The notes under the pieces were generated by a model. That model had not been told where the DNA came from and did not search any database. It saw only the letters and a list, made by a program, of their open reading frames with translations. From positions 41,280,001 through 41,344,000 of the forward strand of contig CP068257.2 of assembly GCA_009914755.4 (NCBI GenBank): a stretch of 64,000 nt of DNA, given 5' to 3'. The DNA comes from the human T2T-CHM13v2.0 reference genome, Homo sapiens. Shown here piece by piece: positions 1 to 17,950 of this stretch (the stretch's first letter is position 1; the number at the start of each line of letters is the position of its first letter). A program made the position numbers and the translations under genes.

Positions 1-46
1 CCTGGACACAACAGAATGAGCCTAGTGGTGAAGAAAAAAAAAATCT

Positions 47-338
47 GGCCGGGTGTAGTGGCTCACGCCTGTAACCCCAGCACTTTGGGAGGCCGAGGCG
101 GGCGATCATTTGAGGTCAGGAGTTCGAGACCAGTCTGGCCAACATGGTGAAACCCCGTCGCTACTAAAAATACAAAAATTAGCCGGGCGTGGTGGCTCAT
201 GCCTGTTGTCCCAGCTACTCAGGAGGCTGAGGGAGGAGAATCGCTTGAACCTAGGAAGTGGAGCTTGCAGTGAGCCTAGATTGTGCCACTGTACTCCAGC
301 CTGGGCAACAGAGCAAGACTCTGTCTCAAAAAAAAAAA
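47..338 (+). repeat. Alu SINE
   Basis: Begins GGCCGGGTGTAGTGGCTCACGCCTGTAACCCCAGCACTTTGGGAGGCCGAGGCGGG, with an A-rich linker and a poly-A tail. Confidence 0.95.
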
Positions 339-343
339 TTTAG

Positions 344-639
<296 letters not shown>

Positions 640-1279
640 TTAAACAAAAAAAAATCTTTTGGCATTTTTTTTTCTCCCTTTAGGGACAAAGGATCCCTTC
701 TCATGATTATCCTAAGATCTAAGGTTATTCTTTTTGCCTCCCAGGGTGGATGGTGGCAGATGCCCTTGCATTTACTTGATAGCAGACTCCTCTTTGATAA
801 AGGCCTTTGATAAAGGCCTCATTCCGCCAGTTTATCTTGCCACCTCAATGAATCACTAGCTGTGAGTCAGGAATCCCTACACAATCCATTTAAATGACTG
901 TGGCAGGGCCTCTTCCCCTGTGGAAGCTGAAGGTGTGGGCACGTCCATCTCCGATGAAATGCGAATGGGGCTCTGGGCACGCGGCGGAAGGCAGAGAAGA
1001 GGCAGAGAAAGAAGCTAATAACTAATTACACCGACTCCACAATTACGACTAACGTTGGGGGCGAACTCTTTGCTAAATAAACATTTAGGTGAAACAAAGC
1101 TTCCATTTCCAATCGGCCTAACTCTGGTATTAGCGTTGGCAGGGGCCATGCAGGAGGGGCAGTGAGCAGTGGTGGCCGCGTTGCCGACAGAGGGTGAGGG
1201 AGCTGGGCGCGTGGTGTGGGCGCCGAGGTCCCGAGCTGAAGAGCTTTAAAACCTCTCAAAACACAGAACTATCAATCAA

Positions 1280-2150
1280 GTAGGACCAGACTGTGCCCCC
1301 AGGGAAGGTCGCAGATTTAAGGCTGCGAGGACAAGGGCAAAGAAGTGCGAAGCGTTCGGGTGGACATGCAAGCCGGCCCAGCGCAGACGCCTGAGAGGGG
1401 TGCCCAGCAGCCCCCGCAGGTCTCCGCCGCGCCCCCGCCACAGCACCCAGGCGCCCGCAGGGCACAGGGATCGGCACCAGCCGGTGACGTGTCCCTCACG
1501 CTGCTGCCTGTGATTGGTGGTCCCGATCCGGGGCGTGGCCCCAAGGGAGGCACTTGGCCCTACTGGGGATGCGCGCGCAGACCCACGGCCTCTGCTCCGC
1601 CCCCAGCTGGCCTGTAATTGGCGCAGTCGGCCCAAGGGGCGGCTGTTCAGGCGCGGGTGCGCGCGCAGCTGCTGTGGCCCTGCTTGGTGCGCCCGCTGTC
1701 ACCGCCATGGCTGCCCCGTGTTTGCTGCGGCAAGGACGAGCCGGGGCGCTGAAGGTAAAGGAGGAGCCAGCCTGGGCTGGCTGCGCGGCCCCGAGCCTAC
1801 GTAGGGGATGGGGTGAGGGGGCGCGGTGCTGGTCAGGTCCGGGCCTGTCCGCGACCTCTAGCCGTCCTAGTTGGGCCGCTGACCCCGCTCCCTGGGCCCA
1901 GGACTGACCGCCACGGGGCCAGGCCCGGATGTGGCCAGCGAGCGTCCCGCGGTTCCCCCGAGCCGGTCCGCCGCCGCCGCTGCCCGAGGCCCAGGCCGAG
2001 GCTGGCGTGCCCCGTGCCGACGGGCGCTCCCGAGGGCTGCATGCCTGGGCGGCAGACTCGGGTGGACGTTCCCAGGTGATGCTGCCGCGCGGCTGGGGTC
2101 AGCCGCTGTGCGGCTCCCGCACGGCTTCTCTGAAGGACAGTGACTTCTCC
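1280..2150. promoter_or_regulatory. CpG island / promoter region (GC-rich, many CpG). It contains two inverted CCAAT boxes (ATTGG at 1513-1517 and 1617-1621), a CRE-like TGACGT at 1485-1490 and an Sp1-type GC box at ~1596-1605. A Kozak ATG lies at 1707.
   Basis: Visibly high G+C and CpG density compared with the flanks. Motifs were read directly from the sequence. A strong splice donor GTAAAG follows at 1755. Confidence 0.75.
1707..1754 (+). CDS. Exon 1 coding part, MAAPCLLRQGRAGALK (16 codons). Kozak context is caccgccATGg, and the donor is AAG|GTAAAG at 1755.
   Basis: ATG in a good Kozak context inside the CpG island. It is followed by an open frame and a consensus 5' splice site. The exon ends in phase 0, which matches the exon 2 acceptor. 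Confidence 0.6.
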
Positions 2151-2155
2151 ATTTA

Positions 2156-2614
<459 letters not shown>

Positions 2615-2667
2615 TTACAAATTTTAAAATGGCTGTTATTACAAAAGCAGTAACTATTCCCTGCAGA

Positions 2668-3044
2668 ATATATATGTGTGTGTGTATATATATATATAAA
2701 TATATATTATATATATTATATATAAATATATATATATAATATATATTATATATAAATATATAATATATATTATATATATTATATAATATATATAATATAT
2801 AATATATATTATATATAAATATATAATATATATTATATTATATATATTATATAATATGTAAATATATATTATATATTATATAATATATAATATATTATAT
2901 AATATATATTATATAATATATATAATATGTTTATATAAATATATAATATATATTATATATTTATATATTTATATAATATATAATATATATTTATATATTA
3001 TATATAATATATATCATAATATAATATATAATATATATATATAT
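2668..3044. repeat. Long (TA)n / (TATAA)n-rich microsatellite, ~380 bp
   Basis: Almost pure A/T with TA, TATAA and ATATT motifs throughout. Confidence 0.95.
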
Positions 3045-3165
3045 TTTTTTTGAGACAGAGCCTCACTCTGTTGCCCAGGCCCAGGCTGGAGTGCAATGGC
3101 ACCATCTCAACTCCCTGCAACTTCTGCCCCCTGGGATTAAGCGACTCTCGTGCCTCAGCCTGCAG
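3045..3165 (-). repeat. Alu fragment (3' half, antisense)
   Basis: TTTTTTGAGACAGAGCCTCACTCTGTTGCCCAGGC...GTGCCTCAGCCTGCAG. Confidence 0.85.
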
Positions 3166-3557
3166 AATAATTTAAAAGTACAGATAGGGAAATTCATTGA
3201 CAGTCTACCATTACTCCTTCAAGCATCTAGTTCCTAACGATTTCTATCAGCTTTTATATGTTCACATAAGCACATGTACTCATGCTTACAATCATGAACA
3301 TACACGTTTTCATGTTTATATGTGCACATACAGGCACCTCTGTTCTGTATCCAGCATCTAGAACATTGTACTGTCTAGCACTTAATAGGCCTTAGTGAGT
3401 ATATGCTGAGTGAGTTGGCATAATATAAAATATCACATTTATATTGTAGACACTTTTGAAGCAGTTTTTATATACCTACATCATTTTAGTGGCCAGATAG
3501 TATTTCTTCTACTCTATTTTCTAAGGATAAGAAAACATTTTACAGAAAGAAACATAG

Positions 3558-4182
<625 letters not shown>

Positions 4183-4354
4183 TTAATAAATAATTGGAGA
4201 CTACAAAAAAAATGCACTGGAGAACGTCTGGTTGAAGTTTTATTAAACCAAATATTAATAGTGATTGTCCTTGAACTCGGGTGTTTTCTTCTTGCAGCCT
4301 TTTTGTATTTTACAAAATGTCCATAATATACATACATTATGAAAACTGTAATAA

Positions 4355-4932
<578 letters not shown>

Positions 4933-5057
4933 TTTTTTGTATTTTTAGTAGAGACGGGGTTGTCCAGGCTGGTCTCAGAACTCCTGACCTCAAGTGATCC
5001 GCCCACCTCAGCCTCCCAAAGTGCTGGGATTATAGGTGTAAGCCACCGCACCTGGCC
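4933..5057 (-). repeat. Alu left-arm fragment (antisense)
   Basis: ...CCTCCCAAAGTGCTGGGATTATAGGTGTAAGCCACCGCACCTGGCC. Confidence 0.85.
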
Positions 5058-5335
5058 AATCCCAGCACTTCAGGAGGCCGGGGCTTCAGGATCGCTTGAG
5101 GCCAGGAGTTTGAGGAAGCCAGGAGTTTGAGACCAACCTGGGCCACGTAGCCAGATCTCGTCTCTATAAAAAATAAAAAATATTAGCCAGGCATGGTAGT
5201 ATGTGCCTGTAGTCCTGGCTATGTCAGAGTATCGCTTGGACCCAGGAGTTGAAGGCTGCAGTGAGCCATGATTGTGCCACTGCACTCCAGCCTGGACGAC
5301 TGAGAGAGACCCCTGACTCAAAAAATATATATATA
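5058..5335 (+). repeat. Alu SINE (5' truncated)
   Basis: AATCCCAGCACTTCAGGAGGCCGGGG...GCACTCCAGCCTGGACGACTGAGAGAGACCCCTGACTCAAAAAA. Confidence 0.9.
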
Positions 5336-5406
5336 TATTCATATATAGTACCAGCTATTATAATGGCATTACGCTAAACATCCATATTCATTAATTCTTT
5401 TGTCAG

Positions 5407-5527
5407 ACTATGCTCCAGGAAGCCCAGGTGTTTCGAGGACTTGCTTCTACGGTTTCTTTGTCTGCGGAATCAGGGAAGAGTGAAAAGGGTCAGCCACAGA
5501 ATTCCAAGAAGCAAAGTCCACCAAAAA
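5407..5527 (+). CDS. Exon 2 (121 nt). Acceptor is ttaattcttttgtcag|ACT and donor is AAA|GTAAGA. It encodes TMLQEAQVFRGLASTVSLSAESGKSEKGQPQNSKKQSPPK plus 1 nt.
   Basis: Unique sequence lying between Alus. There is a polypyrimidine tract plus AG upstream and a GTAAGA donor downstream. It is open in the frame that continues exon 1 (phase 0 in, phase 1 out), which matches the exon 3 acceptor phase. Confidence 0.55.
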
Positions 5528-5881
5528 GTAAGATTTTGATGGTAGTCATAAGGGAAAGAGAATGCAAAAAGAAAATAGATTAGTCAGCCTTCGAAGCACG
5601 ACAGTGAGTTTTACTAGCTACGTAATTTATGCTTCTTCCTTTTCAGCAGTGTCCAGATTATACAAGACACAAGATCTATAACAGATTTTAGACCAAACAT
5701 TTCAGTCATGTCGTAGTCTTTGACTGAATATTTAGCCCTGAAATGGTTTTCCCTGTATTTTCTAAATGCCAAACCCCAACCTGAAGTGAGTGATGCCTTG
5801 GTAAAGGCTCTGTGGCATTTAGATGGCCCCGGCACAGTGAGCTTGCCAGAAAGCCACCTTACTTTCCATCCTCTGATGCTG

Positions 5882-5922
5882 AGTTGTTTGTTTTGTTTTG
5901 TTTTGTTTTGTTTTGTTTTGTT
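5882..5922. repeat. (GTTTT)n microsatellite
   Basis: gttttgttttgttttgttttgttttgttttg. Confidence 0.95.
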
Positions 5923-5974
5923 TCAGTCTCTTTGAGACCCATCTGTGGTTTTCCAGGCTTTGCTTAATCCCAGT

Positions 5975-6452
<478 letters not shown>

Positions 6453-6779
6453 GTCCTAAATCTTTAATCATTATATGGGGTTGTAGAATAGTAATTGAGT
6501 TTGGTCTTATTTTCATCAATATACTATTTCCTCAGTTTGAATGTTTGAAAGTATTTAGATTCTTTTGTTTTCTTCCTCCTTGGTCTGTGCACAGAACACT
6601 GGTAAGTTTTTAAATATTTGTATTTATACAAAGAGAGTGCCAGCCCCTGACTGCCTCTCACAGTGTGTGGACTTGAGGCTTGGATTCCACGGGAATGTTA
6701 TTTAGTTTTGTGCTATGACTCCTGCCTCGTTTTTCAATCATTGTTTTTTTCTCTTCTTCCTTTTATGTTATTTGTTTTA

Positions 6780-6935
<156 letters not shown>

Positions 6936-6965
6936 GCATGTTTTGTTGATGTTGTTGTTTATTTT

Positions 6966-7252
6966 TTGAAATAGAGTCTTGCTCTGTCACCCAGGCTGTA
7001 GTACAGAGGCACAATCATAGGTCACTGCAGCCTCGACATTCCAAGCTCAAGTGATCCTCCCACCTCAGCCTCTGGAGTAGCCAGGACTACAGGTGCACAC
7101 CATCACACCCTGGCTAATATTTTAATTTTCCATACAGACGAAGTCTCACTGTATTGCCTAGACTGGTCTTGAATTCCTGGGCTCAAGCAATCTCCCTGCC
7201 TCAAACTCCCATAGTATTGGGATTACAGGTGTGAGCCACTGTGTCCAGCCTA
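6966..7252 (-). repeat. Alu SINE, diverged (AluJ-like)
   Basis: Reverse-complement Alu with many substitutions, ending GTGAGCCACTGTGTCCAGCC. Confidence 0.85.
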
Positions 7253-7764
7253 CCTGGCATGTTTTTGACATTCTCTAAATGTTTACTGATGAACAATTAG
7301 TTGAATTTCATTGCTAACATTATCCTCTCCTTTGGTGAATTTTAGTCTGTGTCTGCAATCCTACATCATAGACTTATGAATTTGGATTAAATGGATTTTA
7401 AAATATCATGGCAGAGCCAAAGAGCCCCCTTTTTAGATACATGCGTCTGTGTGTGAGTGGAAACGGAGTGCTTCATTCTGTGGCCATCTGGGTTGTGGTT
7501 TGGGGAGGGGAACACTGACCTGGGAGCGAGCCTTGGGCTCTCATGGAGCTCCTGCCTCTGTCCTTGACGGGCCCTGCAGGCCTCTGAGCCTCGGTTCCTT
7601 TGTGCTTAAGCAGGATGATCATGCCAGCCTTGCTGGGTGGTTGTGAGACTGGCTGCAGTGGGATACACGTAGCTACTGCACACACTGCAGAGAGCTTTCA
7701 GGTGGGAGGACAGTTTTCAGAACTAAGCTCATCAATACACAGAACAGTTGTATCTTGTATTTTT

Positions 7765-8232
<468 letters not shown>

Positions 8233-8372
8233 CAATTTTTTGTATTTTTTAGTAGAGACAGGGTTTCTGCATGTTGGCCAGGCTGGTTTTGAACTCCCGA
8301 CCTCAGATGATCCTCCTGCCTCAACCTCCCCAAAGTTGCTGGGATTACAGGCATGAGCCACCGCACCTGGCC
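8233..8372 (-). repeat. Alu left-arm fragment (antisense)
   Basis: ...CCTCCCCAAAGTTGCTGGGATTACAGGCATGAGCCACCGCACCTGGCC. Confidence 0.85.
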
Positions 8373-8409
8373 ATGTATCTCATAATTTTTAAAAGAATTC
8401 CTGTACAGG

Positions 8410-8700
8410 CTGGGCGTGGGGGTTCACGCCTATAATCCCAGAACTTTGGGAAGCTGAGGCGGGAGGATCAGTTGAGTTCAGCAGTTTGAGACAAGCCTGA
8501 GCAACATAGTGAAAACCTATCTCTAGAAAAAACTTTAAAAAGTAGCTGGGTATGGTAGCGTGCACCTGTGGTCCTAGTTACTCAGGAGGCTGAGGCGAGA
8601 GGATCATTTGAGCCCAGGAGGTCGAGGTTGTAGTGAATTATGATTGCACCACTGCTGCACTCCATCCTGGGTGATAGAGTGAGACCCTGTCTCGACAAAA
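8410..8700 (+). repeat. Alu SINE
   Basis: GGCTGGGCGTGGGGGTTCACGCCTATAATCCCAG... Confidence 0.9.
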
Positions 8701-8715
8701 ATAAATACTGAGTCT

Positions 8716-9144
<429 letters not shown>

Positions 9145-9571
9145 TCAAACCTTTCTCAGCCAGAAGTGGCTTTGGAAGCTCTAACAGAAGTTTCCTGCAT
9201 GCAAGTGAGGTACCCAAAGCTCTCATCCTTGGAGTCACATCTCTAGTCAGAGTGTCTGCCACAGGACAAGACCCTGGCGCGATGGGACATGCTGTGCCTT
9301 ATTTCATCAGAGGTGTCCAGCTTTCCCCAGCACATGCGTTCTCCCTGAGGAAGGCTGCCGGCACAGATATTAGGGGCTGGATGTTCTTGGAGGTGCACCT
9401 TGGGGAACCGCTGGGCTCTCTAGCTTGCTGTTTCCTTGAATCCAGTACCCAGGCCTAATTTTGCAACAGTCAGTAATAAATTGTTGACTGAGTAATTTCT
9501 GTGTAGCTTTTTGAAGAGTATGTCCAGAAGCCACAGTTAATTATCCATTTGAAGTCCTTGTTTCAGTTTTA

Positions 9572-9935
<364 letters not shown>

Positions 9936-9939
9936 AAAA

Positions 9940-10100
9940 AAAATTACCCAGGCGTGGTGGCACACAACTGTAGTACCAGCTACTCGGGAGGCTGAGGCAG
10001 GAAGATCACTTGAGCCCAGGAGGCGGAGGTTTCACTGAGCCGAGATTTGCACCACTGCACTCCAGCCTGGGTGACTGAGCTAGACTCCATCTCAAAAAAA
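9940..10100 (+). repeat. Alu right-arm fragment
   Basis: TTACCCAGGCGTGGTGGCACACAACTGTAGTACCAGCTACTCGGGAGGCTGAGGCAGGAAGATC...poly-A. Confidence 0.85.
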
Positions 10101-10129
10101 AAAAAAAGAAAACGAAATTTTACGTATCA

Positions 10130-10340
10130 AATTATAACAAGCAGTGCCAGGCACTGTTCTAAGCACTCTTCCCATATCTCATCTTCCCCAGTCCTCAACA
10201 ACCCAGGGAGTAGATGCTACTGCTATCCCCATGTCATAGACAAGGAAGTTGAGGTCTGGAGGGACTGACCTGCCTGAGTCATGCAGTGTCCACACAGGTG
10301 TCAGCGGAGAAGCCTGGATTTGAACCCAGGCATTCTGGCA
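10130..10340 (+). repeat. MIR (mammalian-wide interspersed repeat) SINE fragment
   Basis: AGGCACTGTTCTAAGCACT...ATCCCCATGTCATAGACAAGGAAGTTGAGG...GATTTGAACCCAGGCATTCTGGC matches the MIR core. Confidence 0.7.
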
Positions 10341-10405
10341 GTGCGGTTTATATTTTAATCACTGTGCTGTCTTCCTTCTGAAAATTCTTGATTCTCATGT
10401 GTTTA

Positions 10406-10756
<351 letters not shown>

Positions 10757-11673
10757 TTATAGTGAAACACTTGTAGAGGTTTCCATTACCATATAAAATT
10801 TGAGTAACTTTATTCTCTAATGTAATGTTTAAATGCACCTCTGTTTCTGAATGTGCCTTGTTTCCAAAGTTAGTTTTGTGATATTTTGACAAGATGTGCA
10901 AGTATTTTAAGGTTGCTAATCTATGTTTCACACCCTAACCCTTTTTACTTTTGATAGGGGGATCACTAAAAACTTGAAGGCCATGCCCTCACTTTTCAAC
11001 TAAGCAGAAAAGAGATTCAGGAAATTTGAGTTCTATTTTGAGGTGACAGGGAAGCAACAAGGCGAATTCCTGCTTTCACTAATTACTAGTACAGTATTTG
11101 TAAACCTTTATTTTACATAGTTTGTTATGGTCTCTGAGAGAAGAGAAACAGTCTCTGAAAGTCCCCATCTCAGGCTGTGAGATAGGCCTACACAGCTAGT
11201 CTTAGGTCGGTAGTTTTGTGTTTTATTATACAGTCATCCTTCAGTATCTGAGGGGAATTGGTTCTAGGCCACCCCTCCCACCAGGATTCCAAAATGTGCA
11301 GATGCTCAAGTCTCTGATATACAGTGATGCAGTATTTGCATATCATCTAAGTACATCCTCCTGTATACTTTAAATCATCTCTAGATTACTTATAATACCT
11401 CATACAATGTAAATGCCATGTAAATAGTTGTTGTATTGTTTAGGGAATAATGTCAAGGAAAAAAGTTTGTTCATGTTCAGTACTAAAGCAGATGATTTTC
11501 TGAACATTTTCCATCCTCAGTTGGTTGCTTGGTGGGTTTCTATGGGACCTGTCTTAGGATGATTGCATTGAAGATACTGTCAGTAATAAGTAATGTGTCA
11601 TGAAATGTCTGTAATTTTGACTGAGTTTTAAGTTGTTTTGTTAAATAACATTCCTCTTTATGCCGTTTCCCAG

Positions 11674-12768
11674 ATGTAGTGGAACCAAAGGAGAGGGGCA
11701 AGCTCCTAGCCACCCAGACAGCAGCTGAATTGTCTAAAAACTTATCTTCACCCAGTTCTTACCCGCCAGCTGTGAATAAGGGCAGGAAGGTAGCTAGTCC
11801 CAGTCCCAGTGGCAGCGTGCTATTCACAGATGAAGGGGTTCCGAAATTTTTGTCAAGAAAGACTTTGGTAGAGTTTCCACAGAAAGTTCTGTCTCCATTC
11901 AGAAAACAGGGCTCTGATTCAGAAGCTCGTCAGGTGGGTCGGAAAGTGACGTCGCCTTCGTCTTCATCCTCGTCCAGCTCCTCTGATTCTGAATCTGATG
12001 ATGAGGCTGACGTTTCAGAGGTCACTCCTCGAGTGGTGAGCAAAGGCAGAGGGGGGCTTCGAAAACCAGAGGCCTCTCATTCCTTTGAAAACAGAGCCCC
12101 CCGAGTTACAGTATCAGCAAAAGAGAAAACCTTGCTGCAGAAGCCGCATGTGGACATTACTGATCCAGAGAAGCCCCACCAGCCAAAGAAGAAAGGGTCC
12201 CCTGCTAAGCCATCAGAAGGCAGGGAAAATGCGAGACCAAAAACCACAATGCCCAGATCTCAAGTAGATGAAGAGTTTTTGAAGCAAAGTTTAAAGGAAA
12301 AACAATTGCAGAAAACATTTAGATTAAATGAAATAGATAAAGAAAGCCAAAAGCCATTTGAAGTTAAAGGACCCTTACCTGTCCACACAAAATCAGGGTT
12401 GTCTGCGCCACCGAAGGGCAGCCCAGCGCCTGCTGTGTTGGCAGAAGAGGCCAGAGCAGAGGGGCAGCTGCAAGCCAGTCCTCCTGGGGCGGCAGAGGGG
12501 CATCTGGAAAAACCCGTGCCAGAGCCCCAGCGCAAGGCGGCCCCTCCCCTGCCCAGAAAGGAAACCTCAGGGACGCAGGGAATAGAAGGCCACCTGAAGG
12601 GTGGACAGGCAATCGTGGAAGATCAGATACCACCAAGCAATTTGGAGACAGTTCCTGTTGAGAATAACCACGGTTTCCATGAAAAGACAGCAGCGCTGAA
12701 GCTTGAGGCCGAGGGCGAGGCCATGGAAGATGCAGCCGCGCCAGGGAACGACCGAGGCGGCACACAGG
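11674..12768 (+). CDS. Exon 3 (1095 nt, large). Acceptor is ccgtttcccag|AT and donor is CAGG|GTATAC. It encodes a Ser/Lys/Glu-rich, low-complexity segment. One stretch reads ...GRKVTSPSSSSSSSSSDSESDDEADVSEVTPRVVSKGRGG..., an acidic poly-Ser, CK2-like cluster.
   Basis: A 1.1 kb open frame (track ORF 11679-12779) with a strong upstream acceptor. Its phase-1 entry is satisfied by the exon 2 leftover nucleotide. A usable GT donor at 12769 gives a phase-1 exit that matches exon 4. Confidence 0.7.
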
Positions 12769-12982
12769 GTATACCTTGACTCGCGCTCCCAAGTGCACCC
12801 TGTCCCTTAGGGTAGTGAGGCAAAAGAACTAATTTACATATGCTTGTAGAGCAGTGTTACAATTAGTCAAATTCTGTACTAGAAATATGGCCTGTAACGC
12901 TGTCTCAGCCAGGCAGAAAAGTATGTCTTAATTATGGACAATCCACATCTTTATATTTAGAATCCCTAAAATATTTAACGTT

Positions 12983-13267
12983 CTTTTTTTTTTTTTTTTT
13001 TTGAGATGGTGTCTTGCTCTGTTGCCCAGGTAGAGTGCAGTGGCGCGATCTCTGCTCACTACAACTTCCATCTCAAGCACTTCCCCTGCCTCAGCCTCCC
13101 AAGTAGCTGAGATTACAGGCGCAGGCCACCACACCTGGCTAATTTTTTTGTATTTTTAGTAGAGATGGGGTTTCACCGTGTTGGCCAGGCTGGCCTCGAA
13201 CTCCTGACCTCAGGCAATTCACCCGCCTCGGCCTCCCAAAGTGCTGGGATTACAGGCATGAGCAACC
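12983..13267 (-). repeat. Alu SINE (antisense)
   Basis: Poly-T then GAGATGGTGTCTTGCTCTGTTGCCCAGG...CAAAGTGCTGGGATTACAGGCATGAGCAACC. Confidence 0.9.
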
Positions 13268-13277
13268 CCACCCTGCT

Positions 13278-13580
<303 letters not shown>

Positions 13581-13975
13581 CCCAACCTTCATCTTAAAGA
13601 GTATGTCCTTGGCACTCTTCACTATTTCTTAACCGGTATAATTTTTGAAAACTGGCAGCTTAACATTGTCACCACTGACTTTTGAAGGTGTCCAAGTGTT
13701 CATTGATGACCTTGTGGGGCATCTCGCTAAGTGAAAAGGGGAGCCTCCGGTTTAACTTGCATAGGTGAAGAGCAGTAGCTAGTCGCTTGGCGTGAGAGTC
13801 TTTGGGTAAACTAGATGATTGCTTTCAGCATCCTGTGCACAGGGCAGATTCATAGTTCAGGAATTAAAGCAGTAAGTGTTGTACAGGTCAGCCGCTGCAT
13901 ACGCATCCTTTCCCCTGGACAGCGTTTCCTTCTCTGGTTAACTGAAAACACATGTGGGCTGCTTTACTCTTCTAG

Positions 13976-14306
<331 letters not shown>

Positions 14307-14355
14307 GTGTGGAGGCTTTTAAAGGGCAACAGTATTTATTCCTATGATGTTACCA

Positions 14356-14653
14356 TTTTTTTTTTTTTTTTGGAGATGGAATCTCACTCTGTCACCCAGG
14401 CTGCAGTACAGTGGCGCAATCTTGGCTCACTGCCGGCTCCACCTCCCACGTACAAACGATTCTCCTGCCTCAGCCTCCTGAGTAGGTGCCACTACAGGTG
14501 CCTGCCACCACGCCTGGCTAATTATTGTATTTTTAGTAGAGACAGCGTTTTGCCATGTTGGTCAGGTTGGTCTCGAACTCCTGACCGCGGGTGATCCACC
14601 TGCCTCTGCCTCCCAAAGTGCTGGGATTTCAGGCGTGAGCCACTGCGCCCAGC
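14356..14653 (-). repeat. Alu SINE (antisense)
   Basis: Poly-T then GGAGATGGAATCTCACTCTGTCACCCAGG...GCGTGAGCCACTGCGCCCAGC. Confidence 0.9.
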
Positions 14654-15765
14654 TATGTTACCATTTTCTTGAGCACGAAACTTGATAAGATGCAATGTGC
14701 TTTAGGTGGGTCGTGGCAAACATGAAAAGGCAAGCTTCCGTTTTAGAATCCATGGCTCTTCTTGAAGACTTCTCTAAAGTGCATGATCCCTAACAAGCGC
14801 GGCTCCGTCCTGTGTCTGCTCTCCATCCTCTGTACCGCCGCCCCTTGCCTTATGTGCCTTACATGACGCCTTCTTGTTCTTGGTTCGTTGTGCGACAGGA
14901 TCTATGTGTTTTCCCCCCTCTCCGTCTGCTCTTTGATCAGTACGCCAAGTGCCGGTGCTTGCCAGACTTCCCAGCCCTTAGGAACTGCATTTCCTGATGC
15001 TGCTGCTTTCACTCCTCCTGCTCGAAAATGGAGACGAATAACACAACTCGCAGGATAAAAACAGAATTGGGAGTTTTCAGACTGCAAACCTTTCTGAAGA
15101 GAAAGTTCTAATATTTCACGGGTGTGTTGTTTCTTAACTATCTTCTGTGCGCATGCGCAGAGCCCACCTTGCAGAGCCGTGTCTGTATGGGGCCGCGGTC
15201 TCACTAGGCAGTCCGTGCCCCAGTACTGGCCTTCCAGGTAGAGTGGTTTTAGATCAGAGTTTTGTAACCCACGTCTTGGTCAGTTATCACCCTCCCTATA
15301 GTAACTAAAATAGTACGTTCTGCTTTGAAGGTGTCCCTACACCACACCGAAGATACTCACCTTGTGGAGATTGGAAGGATGCCAGCTCTTTAAATAAGAC
15401 ATCGTTTTTGCTTAACGTAACTTAAAAATGAAAAACAGAGCTTTTGATATTAATTGAAATAGTGAGAAAATAAATGTATTTAGGTTATTTTTTTGTGGAG
15501 CATGAATGGAAGTTAAGACAGACCTAATGACCTGATTTACAGAAATTGAGTCAGTACAAATCTTAACCCAAATATCAGCCTGTGTTCCCGTGCTGGTTTT
15601 GATTTTGCCATTATGTTATATTGTGTGTCCTGCTGCAGGAGACCAGTACTTCTTTTGCCTCAACCCCTACTTGTAGTTTCGAATTACCAAATGTTTAAAT
15701 GCTGTGTTGTTGTTATTAGAATTTATCTAATTTTCTTGTATCAGAGATTCAGAAGGCTCCTTTAG

Positions 15766-15940
<175 letters not shown>

Positions 15941-15941
15941 T

Positions 15942-16417
<476 letters not shown>

Positions 16418-16514
16418 TAAGTTACCTGAAAGTCCTGCTATAATTGTTCTAGGCATTTTCAAACTTTTGAGAAGCCTAGAAGTATACAAACTAAGATGTT
16501 AAGACACGTTGTAT

Positions 16515-16809
16515 GGCCTGGCATGGTGGCTCACGCCTGTAATCCCAGCACTTTGGGAGGTCGAGGCGGGCAGATCACTTGAGCTCAGGAAATCGAAACC
16601 ACCCTGGCCAACATGGTGAAACCCCGTCTCTACTAAAAATACAAAAATTAGCCAGGCGTGGTGGCAGACGCCTGTAATCCCAGCTACTTGGGAGACTGAG
16701 GCAGGAGAATCACTTGAAGCTGGGAGGTGGAGGTTTGCAGTGAGCTGAGATCGCACCGCTGCACTCCAGCCTAGACAACAGAGTGAGACTCCATCTCAAA
16801 AAAAAAAAC
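16515..16809 (+). repeat. Alu SINE
   Basis: GGCCTGGCATGGTGGCTCACGCCTGTAATCCCAGCACTTTGGGAGGTCGAGGCGGGCAG...poly-A. Confidence 0.95.
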
Positions 16810-16939
16810 GCATTGTAATAACTATTCCATTTCTTAAATTGGAAGGCTGTATGTTTTAGAATAAACTTCCAAGTAATATCTTTCTTTTTCTTTACTGTGG
16901 CTTTTGTAGGCTTTTCTTTTTTAATTAGACAATTTGTTC

Positions 16940-17950
<1,011 letters not shown>

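Noticed and set aside
12260-12798. Antisense ORFs (91 and 144 aa) overlapping exon 3
   Set aside because: They lie opposite a real coding exon, which reduces stop frequency on the reverse strand. There are no splice or initiation signals.
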